This document shows positions 24,151 to 37,500 of a stretch of 64,000 bases of DNA, piece by piece. The notes under the pieces were generated by a model, which saw only the letters and a list, made by a program, of their open reading frames with translations, searched no databases and was not told where the DNA came from. This DNA is from Polymyxa betae A26-41. Its lineage: Eukaryota; Protista; Endomyxa: Phytomyxea. Numbering within the stretch: the stretch's first letter is position 1; every line of letters begins with the position of its first letter. Made by a program: the position numbers and the translations under genes. The DNA is taken from contig RBZT01000336.1 in the NCBI GenBank assembly GCA_003693705.1, positions 1-64,000 on the forward strand, in the 5' to 3' direction.

Positions 24151-26718
24151 ATGTCGAAATACATTCTCGGTCGCCTTGATAATGACCAAGACGGCGACTC
24201 AACCGTAGATCACGATTCTCAAGGCGATATCCGGGAGCTGGAATCTCGTCCGACGATATGGTCAAGAATCACGTCTCGATTGCATTCTCGGCAGCCATCG
24301 ACTGAAATCGCGTCAGTGTCTAAGCTCAGCGATTTGACTAAACATGCATTGAGAGATTCAGGGGAATATGCACAGATTTCCCCAAAAGCTGAAATTCGAA
24401 ATAATCCTGATCCGGATTCAGATTGGCTGAAATTAGACTGGAATGATATTCTTATGATATGCTGGGATTATCTGCTGCTAATGATGATGCTATATACTTT
24501 ACTGGTGCTTCCATTAGTAATGGCTTTTGTCGACGACTCCAAACCCACATTCTGGACGTATCTTGATTATGCAGTCGATATCGTATTCGCCATCGATTTG
24601 TGGGTTCTTACCAAGAAAAAGCAGATGTCTAGATGGATGCTTATTTGCTATATCCTTGGTCTGTTTCCTTTCTATTTCGTGGCAGACACGCTACCGGAGA
24701 GTGAAACAGCCATCGCTGAGTTTATACACCTGATGCGATTATGCAAATTTCTACGCTTGGTCAGATCATCCAAATTATTTCAAGATCTTCAAGATCGTCG
24801 CCCTCCATCGTATGGACATAAACTCTCTGGCTTTGATGTTCTTATTCGCTACAGATATCGTCGCGTGACTCATATGACCATCATTCAAATGCGGCTGCTT
24901 CGTCTAGCTTTCTTTGTGCTGGCGTTTACACATATGCTGGCGTAAGAACGTATTCTGCTTTGTTTGGAGTCACTAATTTGATGAGATAGGCCGGGGTTCA
25001 TCTTCGTTTCCAATATTAGCGAACGTAATTACGTAACTCACTTTCGGCCAAGTTGGATAGCATCATATCCGTTTTCCGAACGTGCCGACGACCTTCCGTT
25101 GCCTTTACATCAATATTGTGTTGCTGTATACTGGGTCAGTTACTGTTTATCGCTTTCGTTGAAGCTGTGTTCAATGACAGCTACAGTTTTTGACAACGTT
25201 GACGACCATCGGATTTGGTGATGTCAGTGGCTCGGGTTGTGATTAAACATTGCAAATCATCTAAATACAGGTGACGCCCAGAAATCCGCTAGAACAGATC
25301 TACACAATAATGATGATGTTGGCGTCTGCAGCTGCAATTTCTTATGGTATTTATTTTTTGTACTGTCTATATGAACACTGAAGTTGCTCTCATTAGTAAC
25401 TGCTATTTTCAGCTCAATAGTCAACCAATTAGATAATGAAAAGAAGGAATACATTGAACGTATGGCGTCGTTATCTTCATTTATTGAGTAACGCTTTCGC
25501 CATAAATTTTCGGTTAGATGCTCATTTCTCCCAATTAGAACGCATCGATTACCACAACAATTACGTATTGATCTTTTCCGGCATTTTAATAATGTCTGGG
25601 GAAGCGTTGAGAAAAAAGTCGAAGAGAGAGTATGTTAAGACTGTTGAATGGAACAATACGTCCTTTTAAATGTTGATATAGTATCTTTTAGCCGAAATGC
25701 CAACGGCGCTGAGAAATATCACAACTTCATACGTTTACCGCGATCTTATTGCTCGCACACATGTACTGAATGGGAAATCAAAGTCTTTTGTGTCGTCTAT
25801 AATGATGCAGGCAAAATTATTTCAGGTTCAGATCATGCTAAATTTGGTATCAATCAGCTAATACATGGATTGCTAACAGTTCAAAAACGGGGAGAGTATT
25901 GGACATTTTGGCGATACGGTCAATGAATGGATGATGATTGCTATGGGAAACATTTCTATGATGTTCCCCAACAGTAATTTCGAGATCGAAGTTTATGAGG
26001 AAGGATCATCTCTTGGAGAGATCGGGATTGTATTATCAGACGTCTGGATAGCAGATTTAAAGGCCGATGGCCCTGTATCTGTCTGGGCTATACCACGTCC
26101 TGCTATAATTGAACTTTTAAAAGCAAACGTCGATTTCAGACGAGACTTCAGCCAGATTGCAAAACAAAGGTTGATTCGCTTGCTGTTGCAAATTCATTCA
26201 ATAACTTGATGATGTTCTAGATTTGAATCATTTCGTCGAGCAATGATCCAGTCTAAAGAACTAGACAGAAAAGCAGAACGCTTCTTGCAAGCAAATCGCC
26301 GGAACTCCGACCATGAACTCAGTCTACACAATATTTCTGAATACCAAGTCGAAACACATAGTCGTTATATCGAAATGATTGATGACCTTTCAACGCGCGT
26401 TGATCATGTGCTCGCATCCGATTCTGGATTGGTATGAATCAAGATGACATTTATTGCTAACTAATCGTTGTTTTTAGAGTGCAATGGATTGGCTTAATGA
26501 GCCGTTATGTGTGGGCAGCCTTTCTAAGTCTGGAAACGCCAGTGATCAGCATCAAGTAAGCGATTTTCGGAGCTGTGTGTTGCAGTGTTAACAAAATGTT
26601 ACAGATTAAATTGCTCCACGACAAAATTGATGGGATGAATCTGTGTATTCGAAACTTAGAGCAAACCATAAAAGCTCTTGGAAGGACACCTGTTCAAAAT
26701 CACCATTTATCTACATAG
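24151..26718 (+). CDS. Voltage-gated K+ channel of the CNBD/EAG-like class, multi-exon
   Basis: S1-S3 helices; S4 HLMRLCKFLRLVRSSK; pore YW|FLTTLTTIGFGD|VTPRNPLEQ; C-linker and CNBD-like EGSSLGEIGIV. Confidence 0.85.
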
Positions 26719-26786
26719 TAACATCTCTGAATAAAACGAGATTTAGACCATCACACAACTGCGTCTCGTTTCCAGTCACATTAAAT

Positions 26787-29117
26787 ATGTCATCAGCGTC
26801 ATGCTCTCCAGATCAATTAGATCGACTTCTAAAACGAGCCTTATCGGGTACTGCTGTTCATCTCAATGATGTCTTCCTATCAGATAGAGGTTATCATCTG
26901 ATAGCTTTAATCACAAAACTGTACTGAAGGGTGCTGTAGGATGTGAGCGCCTTTGCGAATTGCTGGAGAATGATACACATGTTTCAGTTCTTGATCTACG
27001 AGGCAACAACATCCATTGCGGCGGGCTAACAGCCCTAGCACATCTAATCCGACACAACAAGTTTATCAATAGGTCATTGATCATATTCCGACCCCCTAAC
27101 AACACTCTCAAAAATCATTCATCAGATTAAGCTTACAATGGAACCCAATCGGATCCGATTCCAGTTCCTTTATGAGCTTTATGGATGCGATCGGCGTTAA
27201 CAGATCCTTAGTATCGGTATGCAGCTCTATCTAGGGCGCGATTTCGAGTTAATCCTTCCTTGGTAGCTTGACCTGCGTAATTGCAAACTGACGCCGAACG
27301 CCGGAACCCATATCGGCAGTATGGTTTGCAGAAATACGACGTTAAAGCAGCTGGACCTCAGATGGAACTCTCTTGGAGCGGATGGATCGCGTTCGATCCT
27401 TTCTGGATTGGACAATAACCATACTCTCACTGATATTCAGCTATCGGGAAACGATGTCCCTACCGACGTGATTGCATCGATCGCAGATCGGGCTCAACGG
27501 AACCGACATCGGCAACGATCTCCATCACCAGTGAAGTCGCTGCCTCCATCATCAGCCTTGGATGATTCGCTTCGGTTCGCACAAGGCCGTCTGGATGCTC
27601 TACAGACCGAGAATGCTCACCTGAAATCGGAGCTTACCGATTTGCAGATGCAATTGGCAACGAGAGTTCAATCCGAAAGCGAGTTATCACGACTCCGAGG
27701 TCAGTACGAGGTGGCCGAACGTGATTGGCAATCAAAGAACAGTATGAAGCAGATTGAGCTCGATAATGTCCAACAGATGCTGAATGAATCTGTTCACAAA
27801 AACGAGACGCTTCAAACAGAGTTGCAGCAATGTCAAAAGCAGGTCAACGGTCACTTGTTTATCGATTCTTCATTTGACACGGATCACAGCTGGAAACATT
27901 GTCATTCGAGGGCAAACGAAGAGAGGAGACCGATTTGCAAATTCGTGAGGCTCTGCGTTCTGAGATCGCAGCGCTCACCGAACAAATTGATAAGGATCGG
28001 CTCCTGGCTACCGAACGATTAGGTCAAATTCAGAACAAGCTACACAATGAAATCAATCACTACATTTCTGAGAAAACAGTCGCGGAAAAATTGCAGAGGG
28101 TACCCGCTCCGAATGGCAGCTTTGATGTCGTTAACCAGAATCCCAAATAGGACGAGAGAATCAGATATGAAAGCGAACTGGAAGGTTTAAAGATGGAAAT
28201 CGAACGTCGTTCAAAACAGGCCAACGACACCATACAGAAACTGACCAGCGACTGTAACCAGAAGAGTCGCGATCTGATCGACCTCCAAGAGAAACACGCG
28301 CAACAGATGTTTCAGGCAGACGACGACTTTAAACGATATAAGCAGCAACTTGTCGATCAGCACCAGCGCGAAATCGGTGTGTATTGAGATAACATGCTGG
28401 CTTTATGGTCCTGACCGGTCGCAGATTCGAAGACCTCCGTTTTCGAGACTCGAATTATTCAGCTGGAAGCATGTCGAGAAGAGCTGCAGAAACGTCTTTC
28501 CGGTGCACAGACAGAATGCGATCGGATGCGAGATCAACTAGAGCAGAATCGGATCAAGCATGAGCACATGATACAGCTGGAACGGATCGAGAGGTCCAAT
28601 ACTGATTATCAGCTGAAAGCGGCTCAGGCCGATTGCAAACGAAAAGATTCCGAAGTATTGTAGATGATATTTAAGGTTCTTTTATCTGACGACGCGTGTT
28701 AAGATAGCGTCATTGAACACGGAAATTGGGAGGCTGAAGGAGGAGATTCGATCAGTTGCATCCAGAGCAGAAGCGGATATCGAGGCAAAAATTGGGTCGA
28801 AAACGAGGAAGATCGAGGAATTGATCGAACGACTTGGTGCAAAAGACGATCAAATTGAAAGAATGTCGCGAGAACTGCAACATTTAGAAGGACTCAATCG
28901 TCAGCTCAATTTCGACCGAGATCGGCGCGACAGGAGTTTCAGGTCCGCGATTCTGGGTCTTCGGCAAGTATTCGAATCCGAGTTGGATGCAGAAGACGAG
29001 CCCGTTTCTGCCAGCATTCGTCAGAAGCCCAGGAAATCACGAACTGAGAATCGGGCCAAGAAACTTGGCCTTGATTATAACAAGAGAGATTCTGAGCCGG
29101 TCGTCAATAAATCGTGA
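26787..29117 (+). CDS. Ribonuclease-inhibitor-type LRR plus long coiled-coil protein (LRRC45-like), multi-exon
   Basis: LRRs VLDLRGNNI, LSLQWNPIG, LDLRNCKL, LKQLDLRWNSLG, IQLSGNDV followed by several hundred aa of coiled coil. Confidence 0.8.
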
Positions 29118-29332
29118 TTTATGAAGTTTCGTTGCAGAATAGATTAAGAACAGCTAGATTTCTTCATCTGTGATTCCAAAAACTAGTTTGGCTTTTGGTT
29201 GGATGTTATGAACAGCCTGACGGGAACTGAAGGCATGCTGGCCCCAAGCGTTCTGTGGGAATCGGCTGTGGCGGCGGAGTTAAAACCACCTTGCAATCGC
29301 GAAGTTCGTGGTTCCGGTGAAGGCTTGGCACA

Positions 29333-30285
29333 ATGAGGTCAGGCCAGGCGCAGCGTCTGTTGTCGCAGGCGCTGAAGCACGTCCCGAATTACGGCTGGTC
29401 CACGAAGGCATTGGCGCTGGCAGCCCAGGACATGGGTCTGTCCCCGATTGCGGCCGGCGTCGCAAGCAATGGCCCCGTCGATCTGGTTTATTATTTCATG
29501 GAATCTGCAAATAAGGAGACGATCGGTTCTATCACTGAAAACACCGATCCAGAAAAGTAGCTATCGTGTTCCCCTTTATTTGTCGGGATTTCAGCTCGAA
29601 GTTTACAAGGGCTAATTTTGCTGGCTCTTTTCTTCTTTTGATCGTCATGTACTTCAAGGAGCTGATTGTGTGGTTTGTTATGATTTAGGTTCAACAGAAC
29701 GGAGTTGGTTCGTCTAGCTCTTCGAAACCGCCTGGAGAGAACCGTGCCGTATCTGGATCGATGGCCGCAAGCCATGGCGTTGGGCGCTCTACCACAAAAT
29801 TGCCTGCAGACCGGTCGAATTCTACACAGCTTTATCGATGATGTCGCTCACGTCGCTAACGACCAGGTCCCTGACAGATTTTGATACCTCATTTTGATTG
29901 TTGAGATTATTGCATAGACGGTGGGAATGGATTGGTATATTTCTAGGACGGCTCTCGCCTCCGTATATGTTTGTAAGCGCCCAATCGCGTTGCATTGAGG
30001 ATTTCCGGTTGCGTTAAGATCGTTTGGATTCATTTGCAGCCTTTCAGATATGTTTCAGCAGTTTGAGCGTGCTGACGATTCTGTGTTATTGCAGCCACCG
30101 AACTGTTCCTATTGACAGACAGATCCAAAAGGCAGACAGGCACATGGCAGTTCCTAGACGATCGTCTTGGAGATATGTCGGGAATGACATTACTTCCAAA
30201 CCAAATGTGGCGTTATGCTCAATCAGCGACTTCTCTTCTCCTGAACAGTGCTGGGCGGGTCGGCTCTGCATTTGTCGCGAAATGA
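29333..30285 (+). CDS. COQ9: Ubiquinone biosynthesis protein COQ9, multi-exon (start uncertain)
   Basis: ALKHVPNYGWSTKAL, GPVDLVYYF, RWPQAMALGALPQN, MDWYISRTALASVY, TELFLLTDRS...TWQFLDDRL. Confidence 0.9.
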
Positions 30286-30372
30286 GGCTTAGTTCCGCAT
30301 CTACTCAAGAACTCTCAATCACCATCTTCTAATATAAACAATATGACGCCTGGTTGCTTCATTGTAATCCAT

Positions 30373-31091
30373 TTATTCGGCGTGATTATGTTGTATAGAT
30401 GGAAGATCCTCGTGCATCATTACACGAAGAAATCGCGGCGTCTGTAAAAGAGCATTTCAAAACCGATAAAAAAATAGCTTTTCCAACGAACCTTCAGCAA
30501 TCTTTTGCTCGGCCTGGTCATGGTCGGGAACACATCCTCCAGAAAGTAATACATATGCCCGATCGCAATCCCAAGAAAATCGACGGTTCCGGTCCCGCCC
30601 AGCATCATCGAGAAGGTTAGAAGGACCCAGGGCAGGTAGGGCGCCCTGAAGTTCAGGACGCCGAGGAAGTTCATCTGGGCGTGTCGATTCCTCCTGGCCC
30701 AGATATAGACCATCATAAAGGTCAATGACGAGCCCAGGAAAGTGAGTTTTAATAGCGGCCCCAATAATAGCATGCAGCCAGCCCCGAACATTATCATCCA
30801 GGCGAACGACGCCGGCTTCGACCGGTACGACCCGGATTCCAGCGAGCCGACGTAACGGACCAGGAAGAATAGATGGAATAGAAAATCGATGGAGAAGCGG
30901 GCGCCGAAGAACAAGAAACAGGTGACGATACGCCACACCTGACCATGGCGGAAGACGGCCGACCAGGACAGATAGAGAGAGTATGGGGAGATCACTTCCA
31001 ACGTGCAGAGCGTGGTGGTGGCTAGAGCGGCGAACAGGTACGTCCTGGTGACGGGCGGGATCGCCTGGATTTCGGCGAGCAGCTCGGCCAT
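30373..31091 (-). CDS. Derlin (Der1-like, Derlin-2 type) ERAD component, 2 exons
   Basis: IPPVTRTY, QVWRIVTCFLFFG, FLVRYVGSLESG, MMVYIWARRN, FRAPYLPWV, GIAIGHMYYFLEDVFP; last intron gives ...LLK|TPRFL...HAE*. Confidence 0.95.
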
Positions 31092-31232
31092 GACACCGCC
31101 GGTCGCTGATGAGAGAGACGACAACGGAATGGTGCGATAGTGATAGCAGAGGGACCCCAAGATCCCATCACGGCCCCACTCTGTTGTCCATCTAGGCGAG
31201 GCCCTCTCACCAGTCAGCACAGTTCTAGATGT

Positions 31233-31256
31233 GTCTCTCTCTCACACACACACACA
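31233..31256. repeat. Short compound (CT)n(CA)n microsatellite
   Basis: gtctctctctcacacacacacaca. Confidence 0.7.
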
Positions 31257-31846
31257 AATGTCATTTTGTATTCGTCGTAGCTGACAGGAGACAATGGTTC
31301 AAGCAGGATGCACTGGCAAACTTGGTAAGCTTTCCATGCACGGCATCGAGCGATTGCAATGTTTGGCGGAAATGTAGGAAAGACAGGAATCATGAGACGG
31401 AGCCGGGCATATTTAATTGCTATGGTGATAACTAATTCATCCCTTCGAGTCTGGGGAGAGTAAAGGACCCAGGCTATTTATTCCAAATGGTCTTCTGGTG
31501 TCGTTGGAAACAACTGGTTAGCAAGCAACAGTCACATTAAGATGTTGGCAACTCAGAGGGCATATAACCCAGTCTTGGTGTCAACGGCGAGAGCTGAGTT
31601 ATCTAACAGAGTTAGATCTGGATTCACAATCGTTATGATCCAAATTGAGTAGATTTCGTGTTACGAATTTGGTGAATAAGTCGAATCCGAATCGGAATCA
31701 CTACCTAACTAATTAGAAGCGGACCCCAAGGCGATTCATTTGTTTTATTGCCAACTTATTCGGATGGAATCCATCACCGACTTATATAAGCGTCTGACCG
31801 GGCGCCCGACGCCCGATATTCAGCCCTGTCAATTGCGTCGTTATCA

Positions 31847-32269
31847 ATGTACGATCTGGGTTTGACAACTTCGATGCTGGCCACGAATCTAATGTTTGCT
31901 AATTCTGCTTCAGTACCTGATCAGAGTTCGATATATTACAGCCGGACCTTGGCCGGATGGCCTTTATACATCGAAGATTGGAGAGAGCAGATCGTAACGG
32001 TTGCGGCATCCATTGCATCGTTGGTCGTTGGTGCCAGAATGATCCAGACGGCAAGTCGCCTCGGGTATGTGGCGGTTCGAGGCGGCGAAAACAAGCTGGC
32101 GAAGCAGGCGGTTCTGCCAAGAGATACAGATATGCCATCAACCCACGTACAGAATATGATGAGCCGAGGCGTGATCCTTGTCAGCGCCCCATTCCTGTAC
32201 GTCGGTTTCCGAATCGGCCTAGTCCACTATTCAGGCATTACTCCAACCAGAAAACCTGGAATGAAATAG
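31847..32269 (+). CDS. Intronless hypothetical protein (140 aa) with two hydrophobic segments
   Basis: ATG-initiated ORF; TATA-like cttatataag at ~31781; no motif recognised. Confidence 0.45.
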   Translation: MYDLGLTTSMLATNLMFANSASVPDQSSIYYSRTLAGWPLYIEDWREQIVTVAASIASLVVGARMIQTASRLGYVAVRGGENKLAKQAVLPRDTDMPSTHVQNMMSRGVILVSAPFLYVGFRIGLVHYSGITPTRKPGMK

Positions 32270-32704
32270 CCACGCTTCACGCCCTACAATTTAATAAAGT
32301 TTCGCCGGAAACTTTAGAGCGATCCGGCCCTTGGCTGATATTTCGCTCTCGCTGAGAAATAGGAACATCAGAACATGGGATATCTTGCCGGTCACATTTA
32401 TGATAATCACAGAAACAGAAGAGAAACATTTTGTGTGGACTTTATGTAGCATTACTGTATCATGAGCGAAAATTTTGGTCAGTTGCAAGTTCTATCGCAT
32501 TAGCTTCAAAGGATCAACAGCTGGAAAGCACCGAATCGCATTTTTTATCAGAAGTATCCAAGATCGGTTGTCGCTGCAGCATATCCATAGGCATTCCTTC
32601 ATAAAGCGAATTTTTTGAATGAAGAAATGATCGCTTCAACAAGAAATACTTTCCGATTGTTTGATAGAGAGTTTATTGAAGTTTTGCCGGGTCTCGCTGT
32701 AATC

Positions 32705-33220
32705 ATGTCAAAAAAGTCGGTGAAACCAGAAGAGTCGGCGATGGCGACCGAAGAGGCTGGAACGCTGCTGCCACCATGCTGCGGAGGAACGCCTTCCCCC
32801 AGTTCGGACCAGCATGTGACCGAATTCGCCCAGCGCGTCTACGATCTGTGTCGTCAGGTCCCCAGCGGTCATGTCACCACGTATGGTGAGATGGCGAAGT
32901 TTCTCAATACGAGTCCCAGAGCTGTCGGTAATGCTCTTCGTAGGAACCCTTTTGCTCCCAAGGTCAGTTGAATTTTGCCTTTCTACATTTCGGTGTTTCA
33001 GACGTCGTTCTAAACGTTAACGAAGGTGCCATGCCATCGAGTAGTAAAGACTGATGGAACGCTAGGTGGTTATATGGGATTCAAGGATGTCTTGCATCCG
33101 ATGATGGCAAAGAAACGTACGATCTTGGAGCAAGAAGGCGTTCGATTCCTCGAGGATAGAGTTGATCCCGCTCATATCTATCGCTTTTCCAAGTCGCCCT
33201 CGTCCGCTCCTTCAGCTTAA
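32705..33220 (+). CDS. MGMT: O6-methylguanine-DNA methyltransferase, DNA-binding domain only, 2 exons
   Basis: TEFAQRVYDLCRQVPSGHVTTYGEMA...PRAVGNALRRNP..|VPCHRVV..DGTLGGY...KRTILEQEG; active-site PCHR intact. Confidence 0.92.
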
Positions 33221-33414
33221 CGCACTCCAATTTGTAATCGTTATTTAAATATGAATTATCTATTACATAGCGTTTTCAAAGAAAGCCGAGATAGGGATTC
33301 TCTCATGGAGAAATACGAAAAAGCGTAACTGCTTCACCCTGATGGATGAGCTTGCCTTGAAGGTGCGAAACTGTCGAAACAGTTCGGTCACAAGACAGAC
33401 AGCACGGCCCCGAT

Positions 33415-34404
33415 ATGGCTGATGTGAAGGTTGGCGCTGGTCGCAGAGCGCTGCGGTCGGCTGCGTCTGCCATGCTGCTGGCGACCGTAGCTAATGTACT
33501 GCTGATTGAGGCAGGATGGGCGCCGACGACCCCGACCCCGCTGCAGACGATGGCGGTTCAGGCGTTGGCGCTGTTCTCGTATATGGCCTTAGGGCCTATT
33601 ATACACCAGAACCCAGCCTACCATCAGTTCGCTGATGCCCGCACGTTGCCGTTGTGCTGTTCAGTCGGCGTTCCGAATGCTGCTGATGTCCTATCGAACG
33701 CCTTGTTCTTGGTATTCGGTCTGGAGGGACTCGGGGCATTGCAGTCACTTCCCTTACAATATTCCATTGAATACGAAGCCTGGCGATTGCTGTTTATTGC
33801 AGCGACATTGGTTGCATTTGGATCAGCTTATTATCGTAGGTCAAGAACTTCTAAAGTTTCAACAACAAAGATTTATATTTAGCATCAAACCGAACTGTTG
33901 CAAGTTTCCGTTTTGCGTGGTTTTGTTCTCATAATTCTTTATTGATAACAAGATGCACCAGATTGGAGACCGACATCAAAGCGGCTAGTTTGGGATCGCT
34001 TGCCAATGTCGATAGGTTTCGCCTCGGTTATATTTATTGTCATGGCCGAACGATGCCCGGATTGGATTTCCGCAGCAGTTCTATACACGATCGTGTTGGT
34101 ATCGATGGCAACGACCATATTCTGGGCATGGACAGATGATCTTCGTCCATACTTGGTCGTGCAATATTATGGGATCGTTTTTGTGGTGCAGGTCCTGTTG
34201 CTATTCGAATCTCGCTATACTCATTCAGGTTATTGGTTCTGCATCCTGGGCTGCTATGTTGTGGCTAAAGTATTTGAGGCGTTGGATCGGAGCGTTTTCA
34301 GTATGACCAGACACAACATTTCGGGTCATACAGTGAAACATTTAGTTGCAAGCTTCGTGTTTCGATTGGCGACTGCCTATCTTCAGAATAGACAGTTAAA
34401 GTAG
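33415..34404 (+). CDS. CREST-superfamily alkaline ceramidase-like membrane hydrolase, 2 exons
   Basis: QNPAYHQFADAR...VPNAADVLSNALF...GSAYY|HWRPTSKRLVWDRLPM...DLRPYLVVQ...YVVAKVFEALD...SGHTVKHL; SxxxH and HxxKH metal ligands. Confidence 0.88.
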
Positions 34405-34504
34405 GCGCCTGATTAAATTAAATAATTATGGCAAATCCTGGAAGATCAGTACTAAGTTAATCACTGAATAAGTTAGCCGACGAAGTGCGACAGAACGCCA
34501 GTCA

Positions 34505-37500
34505 TCAGAACGCGATCTTTCTAAAAAGTTCATTTTCGAAGCTTGCTAAGGCAAACTGCAGATGTTTGCAATAGCTCAATCTGGTCATCGACGGGTGTCG
34601 TAAAGCGTCCTTGAGCCACATGATTATATTCCTGAATGGAAATGTCATGATGAACAACATAGATTGGTGATGAAGACCTGAATCGCGATTGTTTACGAAT
34701 CAGAACATGTTTGAGTGCATACAGTGCAAGCCATTTGACTTCGAGAGCTGTAACGTCGAACGCTTGTCCCTGACCTGAACCCGAGACGTTAGCAGAAGAT
34801 ACCGATAACATATATGACTCACATCTACGCTTCACAGTTTGATGGAAAGCAATCAACGTGTTAAGAAAGCACTGTTGGATGAAATTCAAATGGATGTTCG
34901 CTTGCACAGTCGTCAGATAAGCACACATCTTAATGAACGCGAGACGAAACATCTGCATCCTTGGTGTTAGTACAGAGAAAAGTTCGATCAAGAAACGAAA
35001 ACTAACTTGGTAAATATTTAGAGCAACGACACGTCTCGGATTAATTACGGAATCCAACAAAATTGAATTCAGCTTAGACCGAATATACAGGCGCATTTGC
35101 TGATGGCATAATCGATGAAACTGCCGGCCTGCATAATGATTACAAAATGAATATGTAGAAACCGATGGAAAATAATTCAAAATGTTTAAAATGCCCATGC
35201 GCGATGACGACTTCTTTGCAGCAGATCCAACTCGTTTACCGATGGTTCTTTGAACAGAAATGGTGTCGGCGATGTTAGAATGGTTCACAATACGAGTATA
35301 ATCACCACGACAAGACACCAATTTTTTAGAGTCGAAGAGATATCCGCACCATGGTATGACTTCCTGAAGCATCCTGAGTATTTGATTAGCGTCACCGACT
35401 TCATATTGATTACATTGACTACGACGTCTGACGAATTAACGGAGAAATTTGCTCGGGTTTTGGCCGGATTAACGTGGCAATTGTAATGATCGAAACCTTT
35501 CAGCATGCGATTCAAAAAAGCGGTCGCACGTGATTTCGATGTCGTCATCAGCAGAAAATCATCAACGTGTCGCAGGAGAACGCCAGCGGATCCTGTAGAG
35601 CAGAGTGTTTTGTCAAGAGAACAACGCCGAACCCAACTGTCTGGATTACCAGGATCCGTCCAAAACCAATCTTCAGAATCTAGGCCGAGTGTCACCCGCA
35701 ACTCACTTCGTTCAAGATCGGCTAGGTATAACGAACAGAGAATGGTAGACAATATCGACCCTTGAGGGATACCGCAAGTTTGTCTGAATAACGAATCGTG
35801 ACACTGAGCAGCAACCGTTAGCCTCAGAAACTCAATTCTGGAGTAGCGAATACCTGAATGATATTGCAACTAATATGGTTATCGATCAGTTGTAAGATTT
35901 CCTCATAGCTAGTACGTCCACGTCCATTCTGAACAATCATGTCTGTAAAATAGGTTGTCAAAGTGAGCAAGCAAACCTGTTCGTTGAAAATTGTGTCTCT
36001 AGTGAGATGCGACCTGAGTTCTGCAAACTCAGCGAACTGTGGGATATCCGACGCTTTCATAGCAACTTTATGAAATCGAGCCCGGGTTTTACCGCTGAGC
36101 GAAGCGAAAAGCGACACCCAACTATAGATGAAGTAGTCGCTCTGAATACGTCGGAATCAGTTATTAGGAAATAAAAACAGCCTCAAAATACGTGTTGGAG
36201 TAAACGGCTCACGATTTGCATCAATCTAGACGGCAATATTAAAAGAACGGAAAGATTGGGTCAAAAATTTGGCACCTGGGACGTTCGATTTTATCAAAAC
36301 ATTTCGTAAAATCGGTGCCGACAATGTACACTTTGGGCGGTTCGCCAAAGTCCGAAATCTTCAGCGAACAATCAGAACTTCCTCAATGAGCAGCACACAG
36401 TAATACCTCCCGAATGTGACGAAGAAAGGGCGAAATGCGATCATGGATTGAATTTAAACCAGAAGAATCGGAGCCAATAGCCTGCGGATTATCCTCCTAA
36501 TATCAATTACATCAAAAGTCATGAGAGTTGGAACTAGTTAATCAGCAGATTGACTGAAGCTGGAAATTCATATACGAAAGCTCATACCAATTCCATGTTC
36601 AGTGCCAGCAAACAGTTTCGTAATTGGCTATTGATTGATGTCGAGCCTTGCCGATCATTGCAGGGCACTTTGAAGCTGCAGTTGATCAACGGGCGAACGG
36701 TCGTCATTTTTGGCAGCAGGCGTAATTTTGAAACACAGCGCGTAGTGTCAGTTCGCTGAACTTTCCCATGAGCAGCCAGCATTGCGACAAAAAGCACCGC
36801 GACCAGAACTAACCTGAACCTTTTCAAACTGGAACTCGGTTAATCGTTCAATGGACAGATTCTGGATCTTTAGCCAAATCTGCCGAAACAGTCGTCATTA
36901 AGGCTGGCGTAGAAATGGCAGGACAACAGCAAGACCTCATGCCGATAGTAGAAAACTCGGTTTCGGTATGGCTCCGATTCCGTGCAGTAGAAATATTGCC
37001 TGATGACGGGCACAAGAAGTTCCGAGAACAGCCACCGGATGAAACAATCGAACATCCACCTGATTCAATTTGAGTCGAAAGGCATCCAGAACGAAGTCGC
37101 CGTTATACCGGCTCTTCCGGGCACCAGAAGGCCCACCGTTACTGAAAATCCAAGGACATCGCGAAATCCTGAATCCCTTCATTAAATTATGGACATCGAC
37201 TACGTCTTTCCTGTGCGAGTGTAAAAAACAGCTATGCACCATTACAGAAGTCATACCGTCTCATGTTAACAAGGTAATGGATGGCCCGGCAGATCACAGC
37301 GAAATTCGGTTTTGAGCCCCAAATTTTGCCTGGAATAACCCGCATGACCACATGCCGCAGAAATGTAGCGACTTCCTGAGCAGTCGAATACTGCTGCAGC
37401 AGAAGGCGGACATCGGAGCTGTTTTCAGATTCTGCCTGTTGCGATAAATACTCTTTCGGAATATGACATGTTGCTTCTAAAAGCCTTTCGTAATTGAACT

